This document shows positions 18,747 through 28,437 of a stretch of 64,000 nt of DNA, one piece after another. The first letter of the stretch is position 1. Each line of letters begins with the position of its first letter. The notes under the pieces are model-generated. The model was not told the DNA's origin. It ran no database searches and saw nothing but the letters and a program-made list of their open reading frames with translations. The DNA is taken from the IMG/VR virus record IMGVR_UViG_3300027759_004177, positions 1 to 64,000 of that record. One strand, written 5' to 3'. A program made the translations under genes and the position numbers.

Positions 18747-19388
18747 CGGTTTAATTTCTGATTTTTCGTACATGACTGTGTCAGTGTCACCCAGGGCCCA
18801 TTTGGCGTCTGTTTCCACACTCCATCTACGAGTGGCCACACGAAAGTCTGGCTGTTTGAGTTCTCGAGGATTGCTACTGGGTTCTAATATGATTAGTCTG
18901 TTGTTGGGTTGTGCGGCAAACTGTCCGTTATCACAGCGTATGAAATTGTAGCTCTTGTGATCTTCCACATCCTCTGAGAAGCCAGTATCAAGTGTGTTAA
19001 AGTCTGGATGTGCTGAGTCCACAGTAAACATGTATTCGCCTGACATCCAGGCTCCATTCTTGAGTTTGAACTTGCAACGCATACTTTGTAGTTGTGCTTT
19101 TTTGATCACAGTGATATCGTAACTGAGACAGTCCCATAACTGTAGGTAATCCAACGGTAGTGGTTCGCCCTCTATGGGTTTCCAGCAGTAAGCATGTAAC
19201 GGTAACTTGTCATACAAAGCACCATACTGATTGAGATAGCTTTCAATACGGAATGCTTGACCTCTTAAACTTTTAATGCTAACCCACCACACAGGTTCTA
19301 ATTCACCGTGACCTTGCTCAAAATCATACAAAAACTCTCTACGAACAAAACATTTTACAGCGGGTAAGTTAGCTACTATGTGACTCAT
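18732..19388 (-). CDS. hypothetical protein
   Basis: 218 aa ORF, ATGA-coupled. Confidence 0.75.
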   Translation of the reverse strand: MSHIVANLPAVKCFVRREFLYDFEQGHGELEPVWWVSIKSLRGQAFRIESYLNQYGALYDKLPLHAYCWKPIEGEPLPLDYLQLWDCLSYDITVIKKAQLQSMRCKFKLKNGAWMSGEYMFTVDSAHPDFNTLDTGFSEDVEDHKSYNFIRCDNGQFAAQPNNRLIILEPSSNPRELKQPDFRVATRRWSVETDAKWALGDTDTVMYEKSEIKPNTLP

Positions 19389-20161
19389 TCACAGTTCCAA
19401 CGACGTCGTGCCTTGCAAATAGCTTTGTCTGGAGTTTTAGCACACGAAATGTTGTGCATGTTCATTTGACCCTTGCTACGTGAGCAATAGCTCTTACGAC
19501 GTTTTGAGGCTTTGCCGCCCTTCTTTAACTTACTAGGCTTGGTAGTCACAGCAGTCTTTAACTTTGAGCCTGGATTCTCTCTACGATAGGCTTTGACAGC
19601 TTTGCGACTCATACCGTCGGTCTTGTCTTTCTTGTTGGCTTTTTGCCAATCTTCCATTACAGGAGTTGTAGTTGCAAATACGTATAGTTCATCATCAGTT
19701 AAACTTTCTAGGTCTTCCCAGATCACTTCTGCATCTACTGAATTGCGTTCAGCAAGATCGTCGATGATTGATTCAATAAGATCAAATTCTTCATTTACTG
19801 TATCGACTATACCGTTTTCATGTTGACTAATCATATAGTCCATAACATTAACAATCATTCCTTTGGCTTGTGCTATTTTAGCTTGGCACCACTCTGGCAA
19901 ATTTTCATTATCTTGTATGGCTTTTTCTAAATGGGTACTAACTCTTTGAATAGTTTGTAGATCATTTTTAAACATGCCAGCTTCGTCGTTGTATTCTCTA
20001 TCAAAGTTTTCGGCCACACTTTCGGCTGGCACACAGTTGTTGACTCTAACTCCGCCCTTGACCTTGGTCTTGGGGTTGCCAATTTTTTTACCTGTCCAAC
20101 ACTTGGGATCCAAGCGTGTTTTAGTAGCTTTAGCTTCTGTTATAAATTCATTAGATTTCAT
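19385..20161 (-). CDS. modular putative capsid-internal protein
   Basis: N-terminus MKSNEFITE resembles T4 capsid-targeting sequence MKTYQEFIAE; modules CW..NCVP, LPEWCQAKI, basic RRKSYC..KARRRWNC separated by VAE/VNE/VME. Confidence 0.65.
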   Translation of the reverse strand: MKSNEFITEAKATKTRLDPKCWTGKKIGNPKTKVKGGVRVNNCVPAESVAENFDREYNDEAGMFKNDLQTIQRVSTHLEKAIQDNENLPEWCQAKIAQAKGMIVNVMDYMISQHENGIVDTVNEEFDLIESIIDDLAERNSVDAEVIWEDLESLTDDELYVFATTTPVMEDWQKANKKDKTDGMSRKAVKAYRRENPGSKLKTAVTTKPSKLKKGGKASKRRKSYCSRSKGQMNMHNISCAKTPDKAICKARRRWNCE

Positions 20162-21408
20162 TTTTTCTTTCCTGATTTCATGTTGGCACACCAGTGATAC
20201 ATTCGAGCACGTTCACCTGATGCATTCTTTGCTTTTTTACGTAAACTAGTCACACTTCCTGAACAACTGGCACCCGAACGTTTAACACGACCTGGACGAC
20301 TTTTGCCTTTGACCTTACCGTCGGCAAAGTTTTCCGCTATATCTTGCTTGGCTTTGTTTGCTTGAAATATTTTCTGTTCTTCTGGAGTGGGTTTTCTTAA
20401 CAAGTGCAGGTATTGATCTACCGGCAACGGTTTGACTTCTGTAGGAGTGATCTCTTTTACACCTGGGCGAGAATACCATTCAGCATCTGCTGCCCCACGA
20501 ACAAATAATGGTCGTCCTTGTTCATCTTTAGTTGGTAGTATGTGTAGATAGACATTTTCACCGTGTCTGATCTTGCCACCAAAAAATATTAGATGAGGAT
20601 CTTTCTTCCATCCAAAAGTACCAGTATTGGAACCACGCTCGGCCAAACTGTAAGCTATAGCAAAGTTAGGATCATCTGTGGCATAGATAGCATTTTTATT
20701 ACTTTTTTTAGCACCACCTATGTCATGGGCTTGCCTTGGAGTCAGCGGACCATTGATTTCTTGTGTGGAACCATGATACAAAACTTCTGGATATGATTCT
20801 GAACCTTCTGCTATACCCGACTTGGACTCACCGCCGTCACCACCTTCACCGGAACCGCTCCCACCGCCGTAGTAGCCATATCCTGGAAAAAAGTATCCAC
20901 CACCACCACCGCGAGACTTGCGTTTCTTTTTACGGGATTCGGACAGAAATGTGTCAGCAAAGCGTTTGCAAAGTTCTAGTATCTTGGCATTTTTTGTTTC
21001 TATGCTGGTATCAGGATCTTCTTCGGGGTTTTTATAGCCACAGTACACATGTTCAATACCAAAATCATCCAATAGTTGTTGACAATCTTCACCGTAGCGT
21101 TCACGATGGTCTGGAACACGAGCCGTGTTGCAAGGACTCAAGGTAGTCACAACAATACACTCTGGTCCTGGGTTGGGAGTTCTGTCCAAGGCCGCACGCT
21201 CTGCATGTACACGTAGACCATTTTTGGTTGCATGATTGATGCCAAATGTTCTGGTGCCGTCGGGACAGATCACACAAGCCGCTACCATGCCAAAATATTC
21301 AGAATCTTTTTGTTGGCCTGCAAGAACCATCTCGCACAGTTCTGCAAGTATGGCATCTAGTTCTGACTCGGGGTCAAACTGGGCTGTAAGGATTTCTTGG
21401 ATAATCAC
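20158..21408 (-). CDS. modular protein: Zn deaminase + ADP-ribosyltransferase-like domain + basic C-terminal module
   Basis: HAERAAL...TTLSPC...C; YHGS...IYAT...AIAYS...AEWY; GIAE/DIAE linkers. Confidence 0.7.
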   Translation of the reverse strand: MIIQEILTAQFDPESELDAILAELCEMVLAGQQKDSEYFGMVAACVICPDGTRTFGINHATKNGLRVHAERAALDRTPNPGPECIVVTTLSPCNTARVPDHRERYGEDCQQLLDDFGIEHVYCGYKNPEEDPDTSIETKNAKILELCKRFADTFLSESRKKKRKSRGGGGGYFFPGYGYYGGGSGSGEGGDGGESKSGIAEGSESYPEVLYHGSTQEINGPLTPRQAHDIGGAKKSNKNAIYATDDPNFAIAYSLAERGSNTGTFGWKKDPHLIFFGGKIRHGENVYLHILPTKDEQGRPLFVRGAADAEWYSRPGVKEITPTEVKPLPVDQYLHLLRKPTPEEQKIFQANKAKQDIAENFADGKVKGKSRPGRVKRSGASCSGSVTSLRKKAKNASGERARMYHWCANMKSGKKK

Positions 21409-21450
21409 TATCGTCGCCTTCGTTCTGTTCTGGATATACTGGATATTCGT

Positions 21451-22500
21451 TCATTTTGGTTTGTATGTTTGTGCGTCAGGGTCTGGTTTAGAATTTCTAA
21501 TGTCAATCTTGACAGCCGGTGTTGGGTTGATTTTTTTTGTACTGGGAGTTTTGGGTGGAGTATAAGTTTGTTGAACAGCAAGCTCAGCTGGCTTGTTGAC
21601 CTGAATAGCTTCTTCCATTCCAAAATATTCTGGATTGTCACTGGCAAAATCACGCATGATGATACCAGCATTGGCATTGGCTTCATTTTCTTCATCAGTG
21701 CCAGTGTTGCCTGAATTGTCGTCTAATATACCAGCTAAGTTTTGTTTATGATGAGTAAGTTCGTGTGCTAAGGTACGCAACACATCAACAGGATGACGTC
21801 CAGCAGTGACCAAATACAAGCATTTGTTGTCGGCATCGTACGTGCCAAAACTGGTGTTCATTGGCCGGTCCAGTAGTTCTATCTTGGGCAGTTGTTTAAT
21901 ATCTAATTCTTTTTGTAGCCAAGGCAAGAACTTTTTTACAAATTTATTTGTCACGCTTTCGTTGATGCTTTCTCTGTAGACCGATCTGGCACGTTTGATA
22001 TAATTGCCTAACATTTGTACCTTGCGTTGTAAGAACACAAGATATTCGTCCATTTCTTGTTCTGTGGTGGGTGTAGGATAATCTAATTCTATGTCTGCTG
22101 CCAAACCGGGTGGTATGCCCATTCGTGTGCGTTCGGCTCGGTTGACCAATGTTGGTATGGTGTTCTGAACCAGTTCTATGATTTGATCCAATTTGGCACG
22201 TTCACGTTGTAGAGTCTTTAGATCTTTTTGTGTTTTGGGTTGGGCAACAGATGCGGGTTCAGTCATGGATGCCACGGGCGGTGTAGTCTGTGGTTGATTC
22301 AATTGACGTTTGATATCATACAACTGCGACAAGTTTTTGGCGGGTAACCCAAACTTGTGAGTGTCAATGGTTTCATTTTTTTTACGACCAGCACAATGAG
22401 CCCGTTGACTAAATCCTTTTGGATTAGCACAGTTGATAGAGCTTTTGTATTTCCGGCTCCACTTTTCATCTAGGGGCGAAAAAACTTCGTTAATTTTCAT
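21451..22500 (-). CDS. modular protein with zincin metallopeptidase domain
   Basis: RTLAHELTHHKQ and ENEANA; N-terminal MKINEV and KWSRKYK..C..C module. Confidence 0.7.
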   Translation of the reverse strand: MKINEVFSPLDEKWSRKYKSSINCANPKGFSQRAHCAGRKKNETIDTHKFGLPAKNLSQLYDIKRQLNQPQTTPPVASMTEPASVAQPKTQKDLKTLQRERAKLDQIIELVQNTIPTLVNRAERTRMGIPPGLAADIELDYPTPTTEQEMDEYLVFLQRKVQMLGNYIKRARSVYRESINESVTNKFVKKFLPWLQKELDIKQLPKIELLDRPMNTSFGTYDADNKCLYLVTAGRHPVDVLRTLAHELTHHKQNLAGILDDNSGNTGTDEENEANANAGIIMRDFASDNPEYFGMEEAIQVNKPAELAVQQTYTPPKTPSTKKINPTPAVKIDIRNSKPDPDAQTYKPK

Positions 22501-22934
22501 TTTGCTGTGGCACGTAGCATCCAACTATGTTTTCTATGAGCATCCATGCGTTCAGCAAGGAAATTACTGAAACCATGCTCGCCCGCTTGTTCAGCAACAT
22601 CATAAACTCGTTTCAGTAGTTTGACCATGTTGTCGCTATCTTGTAGTAATTCTTGTACCATGGCTTCGGCTGGAAGTATGCTGGTTTCATCTTCTATGCG
22701 GCTCAGCATGTTGAATCTGCTGCTGGAACCTGGTGCATAGGCACCCATAGCACGAATACGTTCAGCGAAGCCGTCTATGTTGCCGTAGACTTCTTCGTAG
22801 ATTTTTCCAAATAGATCATGCAGTTGGCCGAAGTCTGGACCTTCCACGTTCCAATGAAAGTAGTGTGCTTTTAGATAAAAAGTGTATTCGCTGGCAAAGC
22901 CAATCTTGGCCGCTTTGATTAATTGTTCGTTCAT
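22497..22934 (-). CDS. dps: Dps/ferritin-like protein
   Basis: HYFHWNVEGPDFGQLHDLF, DGFAERIR, KHSWML. Confidence 0.92.
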   Translation of the reverse strand: MNEQLIKAAKIGFASEYTFYLKAHYFHWNVEGPDFGQLHDLFGKIYEEVYGNIDGFAERIRAMGAYAPGSSSRFNMLSRIEDETSILPAEAMVQELLQDSDNMVKLLKRVYDVAEQAGEHGFSNFLAERMDAHRKHSWMLRATAK

Positions 22935-25183
22935 TTGATATCCTTGACGCTTTCTGTTAATTCACTGACCAGGCTGGCAATTTTTGTATTGCGTTCGTTC
23001 TGTAGTCGAGTCCAGTAGTTGGTAGTTTCGCCAAACTGCTCCAAGTCACGTTTCTCTTTGGCACGTTTTTTGGCGTAGTCAGTCTGTGGATTGCGTGGCA
23101 AGGGTTTGACAGGCTGACCAGCATTGACCTTACGCTCACGTTCACGACGCTTGAAAAAATCTGTTTGTGCTTCTTTAATATCTAGTCCGTATTTGTTTTT
23201 GTATAGATCCATCAGTTGTGGAATATACGCACGGGTAACACCGTAGTCGCTTTTCATTTTCATCTTACCCAATTCCATGGCATAAGCATCGTATGCGGCA
23301 TTGAGTACTTGGTCGTGTGTTGCTAACCCATCGGGCATACGTTCTAGTGCTCGTATTAGAATAGGATCTACACGATCGCCAGCTTCTGCTACACCTTCAC
23401 CTGCGTGTTTGAAGTATTGTACTTCACGTTCGTGTTTTTCTGCACCAGCTCGAGTTGGGAATGTGCCCAAGTTCTTGCCCTTACCACTGTACAAACGATA
23501 TTGACTACCAAGTTTACGAATGGTCTCATCTACAGCATTTTCATTCCAATAGTCATCTTTTGGATCTGTTTTGGCAGTTTCCTCGTCATACTCGATGTCA
23601 GCTAAATTCATACTATGCATACCATGGTTATATAAGTCTACAATAACAAAACGACCGCTTGGACTAAACTCAGACAGCCTGCCTGGTTTACCTTTAAATT
23701 CATTGGATCCTGTAACCTTAATAGGATCACCTACCTGTAAATCCGTATCGACTACCTTGGTGGTCACAGAGTATTGTTGTTCTACACTTTCTTTGGCCCA
23801 TTGGTCGTGTTCACTTGACCAACTATTTTGACCGTTGTGCCAACTATCTTCTTCCAGACCTTTGAAGTCAGGAGTGGGCAACTTATATTTTTTACTGAGT
23901 TGTTTGTCCAACAAGTAATAACTACGATCAGGGGCAGGGGCCTGGCTGATTTGAAAACGCTGTTGGTATTTGTGTGCAAAATCCTGACGCATGGTTGTTA
24001 TCATGGGATCGTTGGGGTTGGCATACACACGTTCTAAGAATATCAGAGCATCTGCATAGGCCTGATTGGTTGTTTTGTTGTCGGTCATTGGTACAACGTC
24101 ACCTTCACTGAACTGTAATGGCATTTGACTCAAATGTTGTGCTTTAAATTCTTTAAAATAATTGTGATCGGTAAACAACTGTTGCCATACTTGTGGACGT
24201 GTTTGTTCTGTATAGTCTGTGGCAATAGCACTAACAATTTGTTCAACTTCTTGGAATGTTAAATCTTCCCATTGTCCGTCGCCAAAGTATAATTTTGTAG
24301 ATTGGCTATGTGCCCATGCTTGTGAAAACGCTTGGTTATTATGTTGTGCAATGTTCTGCAAGTCAGCGGGACTAATTGCTTCTCTCATATTAACTCGTTG
24401 TTGATATGTGCCGGTATTAGCAGCATCCACTGGAAAACCAAGGCTGGATAATTGGTGCGAACGTTGTTGAGCTTCTGGATTACTAGGCATCTGCACAACA
24501 TTGGTGCCTGGTAATTCTTGTTGTGCAGGCGGGGCAGTTAATTGTTGCGCCATTTGTCCTATTGCATTGGATTGATTTTTTCCCTTGATTACTCTACCAG
24601 GCGGAGTAACTGCAGGTGCTAGTGTTGCTTGCGGAGCCGCAGGTTGTGTCTTGGCTGTTGCGGCACCTTGATCTTTGGCCTGTTGATAATTGGCCAATTG
24701 AGATACGCTGGCACCTGGACTAGGAGCAGCTACAGTCTTGGCGGGTTGGGTCGCTGTTTGTTTTGCAACTACATTTGAAATATCGGCAGGTTGATCTTTG
24801 TTTGTATCGTGTGAGGATTCAATGTCTTGCGCCATCTTGGCCGCTTGCTGTGGTGTCACGTTGGGCATGTTGGCTATTTGAGCATTTAGATCACGAAAGT
24901 CTTTTTCTTTACGACGCATGTCGTTCACTAGGTCATTGATCTGTTTGGTCTGTTGTTGATTTGTTTTGGTCTGTTGATCTAGTGCTTGATCTTGTTTTTG
25001 ATTCAAACTGTTTTGTATGTCAATGTACCCAAGTGCAGCTTCTTCAGGGCTTTTTGCAGCAGGCACAGCACGATACGCATTGTCAAGAGCATTTTTGACT
25101 CGTGCGTCTTGGCTGGTCCCGCCTACAAATCTGCCAGCGGCAGCATCTTGTTTTTTCTTTTCAAATAAATCAAATACAAACAT
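22931..25183 (-). CDS. large modular putative virion protein
   Basis: MFVFDLFE start, coiled coil, Q/A/P linker, KOW-like VGDPIKVTG, KGKNLGTFPTRAGAEKHE module; GVAE/IKE linkers. Confidence 0.65.
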   Translation of the reverse strand: MFVFDLFEKKKQDAAAGRFVGGTSQDARVKNALDNAYRAVPAAKSPEEAALGYIDIQNSLNQKQDQALDQQTKTNQQQTKQINDLVNDMRRKEKDFRDLNAQIANMPNVTPQQAAKMAQDIESSHDTNKDQPADISNVVAKQTATQPAKTVAAPSPGASVSQLANYQQAKDQGAATAKTQPAAPQATLAPAVTPPGRVIKGKNQSNAIGQMAQQLTAPPAQQELPGTNVVQMPSNPEAQQRSHQLSSLGFPVDAANTGTYQQRVNMREAISPADLQNIAQHNNQAFSQAWAHSQSTKLYFGDGQWEDLTFQEVEQIVSAIATDYTEQTRPQVWQQLFTDHNYFKEFKAQHLSQMPLQFSEGDVVPMTDNKTTNQAYADALIFLERVYANPNDPMITTMRQDFAHKYQQRFQISQAPAPDRSYYLLDKQLSKKYKLPTPDFKGLEEDSWHNGQNSWSSEHDQWAKESVEQQYSVTTKVVDTDLQVGDPIKVTGSNEFKGKPGRLSEFSPSGRFVIVDLYNHGMHSMNLADIEYDEETAKTDPKDDYWNENAVDETIRKLGSQYRLYSGKGKNLGTFPTRAGAEKHEREVQYFKHAGEGVAEAGDRVDPILIRALERMPDGLATHDQVLNAAYDAYAMELGKMKMKSDYGVTRAYIPQLMDLYKNKYGLDIKEAQTDFFKRRERERKVNAGQPVKPLPRNPQTDYAKKRAKEKRDLEQFGETTNYWTRLQNERNTKIASLVSELTESVKDIK

Positions 25184-25185
25184 TC

Positions 25186-26280
25186 TTATACTCCGCCCTG
25201 TTGTTTAGCTAATTGTGCCGCTGCTTGATCTTTTTGCATGCCTTTACTGATCAGTTGTTGTAACTGTTGACCCAATTGGGGATCTTTGATCAAATTTGCC
25301 ACAGGATCTGCCAGAGCACTGGCTGCATCTTTATCTTGTGATGATAATGGATCACTGTCGTCGGCCTTGCTTAAGGCCGCAGTTGCTTTTTGTATATTAA
25401 GATCCGGAACTTTTGATTTTAAATTTTGTAAATTTTTTGTGATGGTGTCAATTTCTTGACCAGCTTGTGTGTTCGTATTTGTGTTGCCACCTGTGGCTGT
25501 GCCACCCGAAGTCATTCCATAGGTACCAACTAATTCGTTCATGTAGGCTTCGTATTCTTCATCTACGGGCACACAGTTAGGAACCATGCGGTTGCCTTTT
25601 TTCTTCATACCAACTTGCTTGTGAGTATCCCAACATTTTTCATCTAGTTTGGATTCATCGGTGCCAACCAGGCGTCCTGTAAAAGGATGTTCACCGGATT
25701 TTTTCTTGGTGGCCTTTTCTGTGCCACGCACCTGATCACCGGGACGTTGCTTGGGATTGGCAAAACTGAATTTGCCACCTTCTTTGATTAGTCCGGCACG
25801 ACGTGCCGCAAATTCAAGATCAAGACGACGTTGTTTATATTCTGGATAAAACTGAGCCATCTTTGGATTTTGTAACGCCTGATCAATTGCATCTAGTTTG
25901 GCATAGTAGTCGGACAGAGTATTCAACTTGTTGTGGCCACCACGATTGACCGAAGCATGTGCCTTGGGATCATCTACGTAACTACCATCATCGTCGGTGC
26001 TTTCATCAAATTCAACGTTGTAATCTTTCTGCAATTGATCAACAACACGATCAAAGATTGGTTCAAAATCGTCTTTGGCATGTAGTCCAGTGTCAATTAC
26101 TACTTCATCATAATAATTGTGAATAATTTCACTTACGTATTTTTCAACTTCATCTTTTGGATGTGCATACACATCGTAAATGTCGACTCGACCGTTAACA
26201 ATATCTTGAATCAATAAGTCAGCCTCGGACATCGATTCTTCAACTCGTTTGAGAGATTCTAAAATTTGGTAGATATCCAT
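25186..26280 (-). CDS. modular putative virion protein
   Basis: MDIYQILE start; KCWDTHKQVGMKKKGNRMVPNCVP module shared with 19385..20161. Confidence 0.65.
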   Translation of the reverse strand: MDIYQILESLKRVEESMSEADLLIQDIVNGRVDIYDVYAHPKDEVEKYVSEIIHNYYDEVVIDTGLHAKDDFEPIFDRVVDQLQKDYNVEFDESTDDDGSYVDDPKAHASVNRGGHNKLNTLSDYYAKLDAIDQALQNPKMAQFYPEYKQRRLDLEFAARRAGLIKEGGKFSFANPKQRPGDQVRGTEKATKKKSGEHPFTGRLVGTDESKLDEKCWDTHKQVGMKKKGNRMVPNCVPVDEEYEAYMNELVGTYGMTSGGTATGGNTNTNTQAGQEIDTITKNLQNLKSKVPDLNIQKATAALSKADDSDPLSSQDKDAASALADPVANLIKDPQLGQQLQQLISKGMQKDQAAAQLAKQQGGV

Positions 26281-26465
26281 TACTTGACCTTTTTAACCTT
26301 GACTGTGCCGCCTGGAGTTTTTTGATTGCTGTAGGACTTTTGACGCTTAATAAGATCTGTAGTAGCCCCGCCTAGCCCTGTAGAGACAGTGGCCACGCTA
26401 GACGAGCCTGTAGCGCCACCAGATGCATTTTCTTTTAGAGTTTTAATAAATTCAGAGCTTTTCAT
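26280..26465 (-). CDS. small putative capsid-internal peptide
   Basis: MKSSEFIKTLKE-NASGG; CTS-like N-terminus. Confidence 0.6.
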   Translation of the reverse strand: MKSSEFIKTLKENASGGATGSSSVATVSTGLGGATTDLIKRQKSYSNQKTPGGTVKVKKVK

Positions 26466-26491
26466 TGTATTTTTTTCCGTGTTAAGTATAT

Positions 26492-26764
26492 TTATTCTGT
26501 TGTAGTGAACTCGGGCTTAGAAGCTACCCCGTCCACTGTTATATCTTTAATCTGTATCTTGCCGTTGTTACCTATTTGTTCTATACGCAGTTGATGAACT
26601 CCGGGTTTGAGATCAACCACGATGTTTTCTCTAATAAAAACTTCATGCCCGGGCCATCCAAAGTCGCGTTCGGTCAGCAAATCACCGTCTACATACACCC
26701 TGTAGCTCGGGCTAACCTCACCCCAGTGGGCATACACATCGGCGGTTATTAGGTGTTGTTTCAT
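26492..26764 (-). CDS. hypothetical beta-rich protein
   Basis: 90 aa ORF, ATGA-coupled. Confidence 0.65.
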   Translation of the reverse strand: MKQHLITADVYAHWGEVSPSYRVYVDGDLLTERDFGWPGHEVFIRENIVVDLKPGVHQLRIEQIGNNGKIQIKDITVDGVASKPEFTTTE

Positions 26765-27963
26765 TTGGGATCAAACATCAATTTGGCACGTTCTGCTTCA
26801 AGATCGGCAATTTTTTGCTTTAGTTTAGCCACATAATCAGCGGGTAGCTTTTCTGTAGCAATACGCTCTTTGATGGAATCAATATCTTGATTGATATACT
26901 TGATATGTGTCAAAATTAAATTGTCAACTTCGCTTTCGCTTAATCTATTTCTTGCCCAAGCAATATCTTCTTCGGCCAAGTTAAAAGCACGTAGATTTTT
27001 GCCTGGTGTGCCAGGACCAACATCCACTGTCATGCTGGTGCTGTAACGTGGATCACGGGCTTGCTTTTTATTTTTAGCTACTACACCTACTCCAGCAGCT
27101 TCTTCTTTGACAGTTTTTAATCTGTTTACAAAATCATGTAGTTCTTGTTTTTCTTTGGCGCTCAATGAACCGGGATTTTTTTTGTAACGATATGCCAATA
27201 GTTTATAGTAACCATGTTCGCTGTTGGGCTTGCTGGGCACAAAATGACTGACTGCTTCTGCAACAGGTTCTTCTTTGGGTACTGTGACTTTTTGTAGTTT
27301 GGTTTTGTTGGGCAATGGTGCAGGAGCCACATCAACAGCCGGTAAAAGATTATTGTTCATAATCTTTTCTGCTTCGTGTGTGTACTTGCCGTATAAATCT
27401 TTGATTATTTGCTGGCGTTGTGCATTATTGGCTTTGCTGTATAAATCTCTAATGCTGGTAGCACCTGTAATGGATTGCCCCAGTATTTCAAATGGCTCTA
27501 CATTGACCACTTGAATATATGCGTGTTTGTCTGCACTTTCAACTCGACTCAGATCATCGGGTAATGGTTGCAGTTTTGCTGGTGAACCGTCTTTGTTAGT
27601 GCCTTTGGCAAACAAGCTGGGTTTTTCGTCTACATCTTTTTGGCTAACAGGGAAGATCATGACAGTATTGCCGAGATCTTGTATGCCCAAGGCTTGAGCA
27701 GCTACCGCAGGGTTGTAATTGTTTGACAGTTGTAGTATGCGGTCAGATGGAATTCCCATCAAATTCATAAAATAAATTCGATCGGAAAGTTTAAAAGGGC
27801 TTTTTGGGGGGTCTACTTTGCCGCTAGTACCAATATAAACGTTGTTACGTCCATATGTACTGACTAGATTATTATAGACTATTGCGTGGCCACGATGGAA
27901 AGGCTGGAATCTTCCACAAAAAATAACAACAACACGGCGTTCTGCTAGTTCATTAAGAAACAT
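26761..27963 (-). CDS. HxGH nucleotidyltransferase (cytidylyltransferase-like) with modular C-terminus
   Basis: GRFQPFHRGH, SPF...DR, GATSIRD. Confidence 0.75.
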   Translation of the reverse strand: MFLNELAERRVVVIFCGRFQPFHRGHAIVYNNLVSTYGRNNVYIGTSGKVDPPKSPFKLSDRIYFMNLMGIPSDRILQLSNNYNPAVAAQALGIQDLGNTVMIFPVSQKDVDEKPSLFAKGTNKDGSPAKLQPLPDDLSRVESADKHAYIQVVNVEPFEILGQSITGATSIRDLYSKANNAQRQQIIKDLYGKYTHEAEKIMNNNLLPAVDVAPAPLPNKTKLQKVTVPKEEPVAEAVSHFVPSKPNSEHGYYKLLAYRYKKNPGSLSAKEKQELHDFVNRLKTVKEEAAGVGVVAKNKKQARDPRYSTSMTVDVGPGTPGKNLRAFNLAEEDIAWARNRLSESEVDNLILTHIKYINQDIDSIKERIATEKLPADYVAKLKQKIADLEAERAKLMFDPK

Positions 27964-27993
27964 AGTAATAGTCTTTCTATTACTATATTTATC

Positions 27994-28434
27994 TTAGATG
28001 TTTTCAAGCAACCAAAAGTAGAAAGGGCTTTCAAATGCCAGGATCCAAGCACCGTTCCAGCCTAGGTCTTGACATTTATCCAACACAGGACGCTCAGGGT
28101 CGTCACCAACAAATTGAGTTTTTGTATAGATCAAATTGCCCAAGTTGATCTCATCAATTTCAACGCTACGAATATTCAACAGCATGTCTTTGAGGATAGC
28201 TGTTTTGTCTTCGTTTTGTACAGTATCGGCCCAGTCCTTGTTTTCTAATCTGATCTTTAGAGTGCAAGGACCTTCTTCTACTTCAGCATCAAACTCTACA
28301 TAAAATGTTTCTTCACTAGCTACAGCAATGGTGCCCGCATTGTATACAATATCATTGATTAAAATACTGTACTCGGGTTGTTTTGCCCAGTATGTGCCAG
28401 CAAGACCAATTTTAAAATGTAGAGTTTCTGTCAT
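27994..28434 (-). CDS. hypothetical beta-rich protein
   Basis: 146 aa ORF; PxYxIxI pattern like 26492..26764. Confidence 0.65.
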   Translation of the reverse strand: MTETLHFKIGLAGTYWAKQPEYSILINDIVYNAGTIAVASEETFYVEFDAEVEEGPCTLKIRLENKDWADTVQNEDKTAILKDMLLNIRSVEIDEINLGNLIYTKTQFVGDDPERPVLDKCQDLGWNGAWILAFESPFYFWLLENI

Positions 28435-28437
28435 TGA

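Noticed and set aside
18650-18841. 63-aa ORF over the structured element
   Set aside because: Overlaps a real gene out of frame with no clear RBS; RNA structure explains the sequence better
20828-20912. CCA/CCG-rich repeat-like DNA
   Set aside because: Simply encodes a Gly-rich linker
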